Assembly: GCF_000195955.2 (NCBI RefSeq)
Contig: NC_000962.3
Coordinates: 720,001-752,000, forward strand
From: Mycobacterium tuberculosis H37Rv
Lineage (GTDB): Bacteria > Actinomycetota > Actinomycetes > Mycobacteriales > Mycobacteriaceae
Direction of reading: 5' to 3'
DNA length: 32,000 nucleotides
The translations under genes were made by a program, and so were the position numbers. The notes beneath the pieces are model-generated. The model was not told the DNA's origin, did not search any database, and saw only the letters and a list, made by a program, of their open reading frames with translations. Numbering within the stretch: position 1 is the stretch's first letter; each line of letters opens with the position of its first letter. Below, in pieces: positions 29,242 to 32,000 of the stretch.

Positions 29242-29929
29242 CTCTGCCCAGCGTGTTCTTTTGCGTCTGCTCGGCCCGTAGCGAACACTGCGCCCGCTCG
29301 GGTGAATCTCCCAGCGCGACAAGCAGGTTCACCGTCATCGCGGCGAGCACCGGTTCGACGGCCGCGCCTCGATCGCCGTAGAAGCCGGCCAGCTCGAGCA
29401 TCACGAAGCCGTGGATCTGTGACCAAAACTGCGCCGCGGTGGCAACTATTGCCGTGTCGTCGTCGGCTCCAAGCGCGGTCGCGAACCGGCCGGCCAGCAG
29501 GCACCGGTGCACCGCTCGCACCACATGCGCGAAACTGGGGTGCTGGTGTTCGATCTCGGCAACCTTGAGGGTCAACACGTCGCGCGCTGGCACGTTGATG
29601 CCGTGTGCGCTGGTGCTGCCGAACATTAGCCGGTACATGTGCGGGCGCTCGATGGCGTAGCGCCGGTAGGCGGTGCCGATGGCCAGCAGGTCGGCGACCG
29701 GATCGGCGGTCTGCGGGACCGTCAGCGCGACATCGAACTGGCGTAGCCCTTCTTCGGCTATGGCGGCGATCAGTCCGCGCATCCCGCCGAAATGGGTGTA
29801 CACCGCCATCGTCGAGGTGCCTGCTGCGGCGGCCACCTTGCGGGTCTGCAGCGCGTCGGGCCCGTGATCGTCGAGCAGTCGCACGCCGGCGTGCAGCAGC
29901 TCGTCGCGAACACCGGTCTGCGAGGTCAT
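29234..29929 (-). CDS. TetR/AcrR-family transcriptional regulator (231 aa)
   Basis: N-terminal HTH '[55 protein letters not shown]'. Matches Rv0653c. Its 3' end overlaps rplL by 8 bp. Confidence 0.92.
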   Translation of the reverse strand: MTSQTGVRDELLHAGVRLLDDHGPDALQTRKVAAAAGTSTMAVYTHFGGMRGLIAAIAEEGLRQFDVALTVPQTADPVADLLAIGTAYRRYAIERPHMYRLMFGSTSAHGINVPARDVLTLKVAEIEHQHPSFAHVVRAVHRCLLAGRFATALGADDDTAIVATAAQFWSQIHGFVMLELAGFYGDRGAAVEPVLAAMTVNLLVALGDSPERAQCSLRAEQTQKNTLGRAT

Positions 29930-29975
29930 CCTTGCCATGTTCTCACCAAGGGCGTACCGTTCCAATATCAGTGAA

Positions 29976-29988
29976 ATAACAATGTTAT
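29976..29988. promoter_or_regulatory. Candidate TetR operator between the divergent TetR and CCO-like genes
   Basis: ATAACA-a-TGTTAT, 6-bp perfect arms in an AT-rich patch of the 70-bp intergenic region, 12 nt upstream of the 30000 start codon. Confidence 0.45.
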
Positions 29989-29999
29989 AGGAGATCGGC

Positions 30000-31505
30000 A
30001 TGACCACCGCACAAGCCGCCGAATCCCAAAACCCATATCTCGAGGGCTTCCTGGCGCCGGTGAGCACCGAGGTAACTGCCACCGACCTGCCGGTCACCGG
30101 CCGCATTCCGGAACACCTCGACGGGCGTTATCTGCGTAACGGCCCCAACCCGGTCGCGGAGGTCGACCCGGCCACCTACCACTGGTTCACCGGCGACGCC
30201 ATGGTGCACGGAGTCGCGCTGCGCGACGGGAAGGCCCGCTGGTATCGCAATCGCTGGGTCCGCACACCCGCGGTGTGCGCCGCCCTGGGCGAGCCCATTT
30301 CGGCCCGGCCTCACCCGCGCACCGGGATTATCGAGGGCGGTCCCAACACCAACGTGCTGACCCACGCCGGACGCACCCTGGCCTTGGTTGAGGCCGGCGT
30401 GGTCAACTACGAACTCACCGATGAGCTGGACACCGTGGGACCCTGTGACTTCGACGGCACCCTGCACGGCGGTTACACCGCCCATCCGCAGCGTGATCCG
30501 CACACGGGTGAACTGCACGCGGTGTCCTACTCGTTCGCCCGCGGACACAGAGTGCAGTACTCGGTGATCGGCACCGACGGACACGCTCGTCGGACGGTTG
30601 ATATCGAGGTGGCGGGATCGCCGATGATGCACAGCTTCTCCCTGACCGACAACTACGTGGTGATCTACGACCTGCCGGTGACCTTCGACCCAATGCAGGT
30701 GGTGCCGGCGTCCGTGCCACGCTGGCTGCAACGGCCCGCCAGGTTGGTGATCCAGTCGGTCCTGGGCCGTGTCCGCATCCCCGACCCGATAGCGGCGTTG
30801 GGCAACCGGATGCAGGGTCACTCCGATCGCCTCCCGTACGCCTGGAACCCCAGCTACCCGGCGCGCGTCGGTGTCATGCCGCGCGAGGGTGGCAACGAGG
30901 ACGTGCGGTGGTTCGACATCGAACCCTGCTACGTATACCACCCACTTAACGCCTACTCGGAGTGCCGGAACGGCGCTGAGGTGCTGGTGTTGGACGTGGT
31001 GCGCTACTCACGGATGTTTGATCGCGACCGGCGGGGTCCCGGCGGTGACAGCCGGCCCTCGCTGGATCGCTGGACCATCAACCTGGCGACCGGTGCGGTG
31101 ACCGCCGAATGCCGCGACGATCGGGCGCAGGAGTTTCCCCGCATCAACGAGACTCTGGTGGGTGGGCCGCATCGCTTCGCCTACACCGTCGGCATCGAGG
31201 GTGGGTTTCTCGTCGGCGCCGGCGCTGCGTTGTCGACTCCGCTGTATAAACAGGACTGCGTGACCGGGTCCAGCACGGTCGCCTCGCTCGATCCCGACCT
31301 GCTGATCGGCGAGATGGTGTTCGTGCCGAACCCGTCGGCGCGTGCAGAAGATGACGGGATTCTCATGGGCTACGGCTGGCACCGCGGCCGCGACGAAGGC
31401 CAGCTGCTCTTGCTGGATGCCCAGACTCTCGAGTCGATCGCCACCGTGCACCTGCCACAGCGTGTGCCGATGGGCTTCCACGGCAACTGGGCGCCGACCA
31501 CCTGA
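30000..31505 (+). CDS. Carotenoid cleavage oxygenase-like (RPE65/apocarotenoid 15,15'-oxygenase family) protein (501 aa)
   Basis: 'GRYLRNGPNPVAEVDPATYHWFTGDAMVHGVALRDGKARWYRNRWVRTP', 'LTHAGRTLALVEAG', 'GGYTAHPQRDPHTGELHAVSY', 'SPMMHSFSLTDNYVVIYDLPVTF', C-terminal 'VPMGFHGNW'. Matches Rv0654. Confidence 0.93.
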   Translation: MTTAQAAESQNPYLEGFLAPVSTEVTATDLPVTGRIPEHLDGRYLRNGPNPVAEVDPATYHWFTGDAMVHGVALRDGKARWYRNRWVRTPAVCAALGEPISARPHPRTGIIEGGPNTNVLTHAGRTLALVEAGVVNYELTDELDTVGPCDFDGTLHGGYTAHPQRDPHTGELHAVSYSFARGHRVQYSVIGTDGHARRTVDIEVAGSPMMHSFSLTDNYVVIYDLPVTFDPMQVVPASVPRWLQRPARLVIQSVLGRVRIPDPIAALGNRMQGHSDRLPYAWNPSYPARVGVMPREGGNEDVRWFDIEPCYVYHPLNAYSECRNGAEVLVLDVVRYSRMFDRDRRGPGGDSRPSLDRWTINLATGAVTAECRDDRAQEFPRINETLVGGPHRFAYTVGIEGGFLVGAGAALSTPLYKQDCVTGSSTVASLDPDLLIGEMVFVPNPSARAEDDGILMGYGWHRGRDEGQLLLLDAQTLESIATVHLPQRVPMGFHGNWAPTT

Positions 31506-31516
31506 CGGCGCCTCGG

Positions 31517-32000
31517 GTGCGATACAGTGACTCATACCACACAACGGGCCGGTGGCAGCCACGAGCGTCGACAGAAGGGTTTCCCATGGGCGTCAGCATC
31601 GAGGTCAACGGACTAACGAAGTCCTTCGGGTCCTCGAGGATCTGGGAAGATGTCACGCTAACGATCCCCGCCGGGGAGGTCAGCGTGCTGCTGGGCCCAT
31701 CGGGTACCGGCAAATCGGTGTTTCTGAAATCTCTGATCGGCCTCCTGCGGCCGGAGCGCGGCTCGATCATCATCGACGGCACCGACATCATCGAATGCTC
31801 GGCCAAGGAGCTTTACGAGATCCGCACATTGTTCGGCGTGCTGTTTCAGGACGGTGCCCTGTTCGGGTCGATGAACCTCTACGACAACACCGCGTTCCCC
31901 CTGCGTGAGCACACCAAGAAAAAGGAAAGCGAGATCCGTGACATCGTCATGGAGAAGCTGGCCCTAGTCGGCCTGGGTGGGGACGAGAAGAAGTTCCCCG
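31517..32000 (+). CDS. mkl: ABC transporter ATP-binding protein Mkl/MceG, 5' part, truncated by the window end (GTG at 31517; alternative ATG at 31586)
   Basis: 'MGVSIEVNGLTKSFGSSRIWEDVTLTIPAGEVSVLLGPSGTGKSVFLKSLIGLLRPERGSIIIDG', Q-loop 'FGVLFQDGALFGSMNLYDNTAFPLREHTKKKESEI'. Walker A GPSGTGKS. Confidence 0.93.
   Translation, partial: MRYSDSYHTTGRWQPRASTEGFPMGVSIEVNGLTKSFGSSRIWEDVTLTIPAGEVSVLLGPSGTGKSVFLKSLIGLLRPERGSIIIDGTDIIECSAKELYEIRTLFGVLFQDGALFGSMNLYDNTAFPLREHTKKKESEIRDIVMEKLALVGLGGDEKKFP

Overview
This window matches a Mycobacterium tuberculosis-complex chromosomal segment. Protein sequences, gene order and tRNAs agree with my recollection of the H37Rv Rv0629c-Rv0655 region; no database search was run. 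Contents in order: the recC-recB-recD locus (minus strand); echA3; a one-TM conserved hypothetical; an MBL/glyoxalase-II-like hydrolase; a VapB-like orphan antitoxin; tRNA-Thr and tRNA-Met; rpmG2; the FAS-II dehydratase genes hadA-hadB-hadC; tRNA-Trp; secE; nusG; rplK; rplA; a four-gene tandem array of mycolic-acid SAM methyltransferases (mmaA4/3/2/1, minus strand); lipG; an ABC1/UbiB-family kinase gene; a GH38-like alpha-mannosidase, a 'fabD2'-annotated protein and a ROK sugar kinase with overlapping junctions; an L10 leader with rplJ-rplL; a TetR regulator divergent from a carotenoid-cleavage-oxygenase-like gene; and the 5' part of mkl/mceG. I see no CRISPR array, IS element, prophage or obvious new defence system. 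The best leads are non-coding or structural: (1) a nearly perfect 70-bp palindrome (22565-22634) that contains the annotated start of the ABC1 kinase gene and abuts what looks like a 5'-truncated GH38 gene missing the canonical N-terminal zinc-binding motif; (2) a possibly related imperfect inverted repeat at 27947-28006; (3) a 27-bp-arm perfect hairpin between the convergent rplA and mmaA4 genes; (4) an L10 leader with mutually exclusive pairings; (5) alternative hairpins between rplK and rplA; (6) a palindromic operator candidate between the TetR and CCO genes; (7) a 'fabD2' product without the transacylase serine motif; (8) an orphan VapB-like antitoxin.
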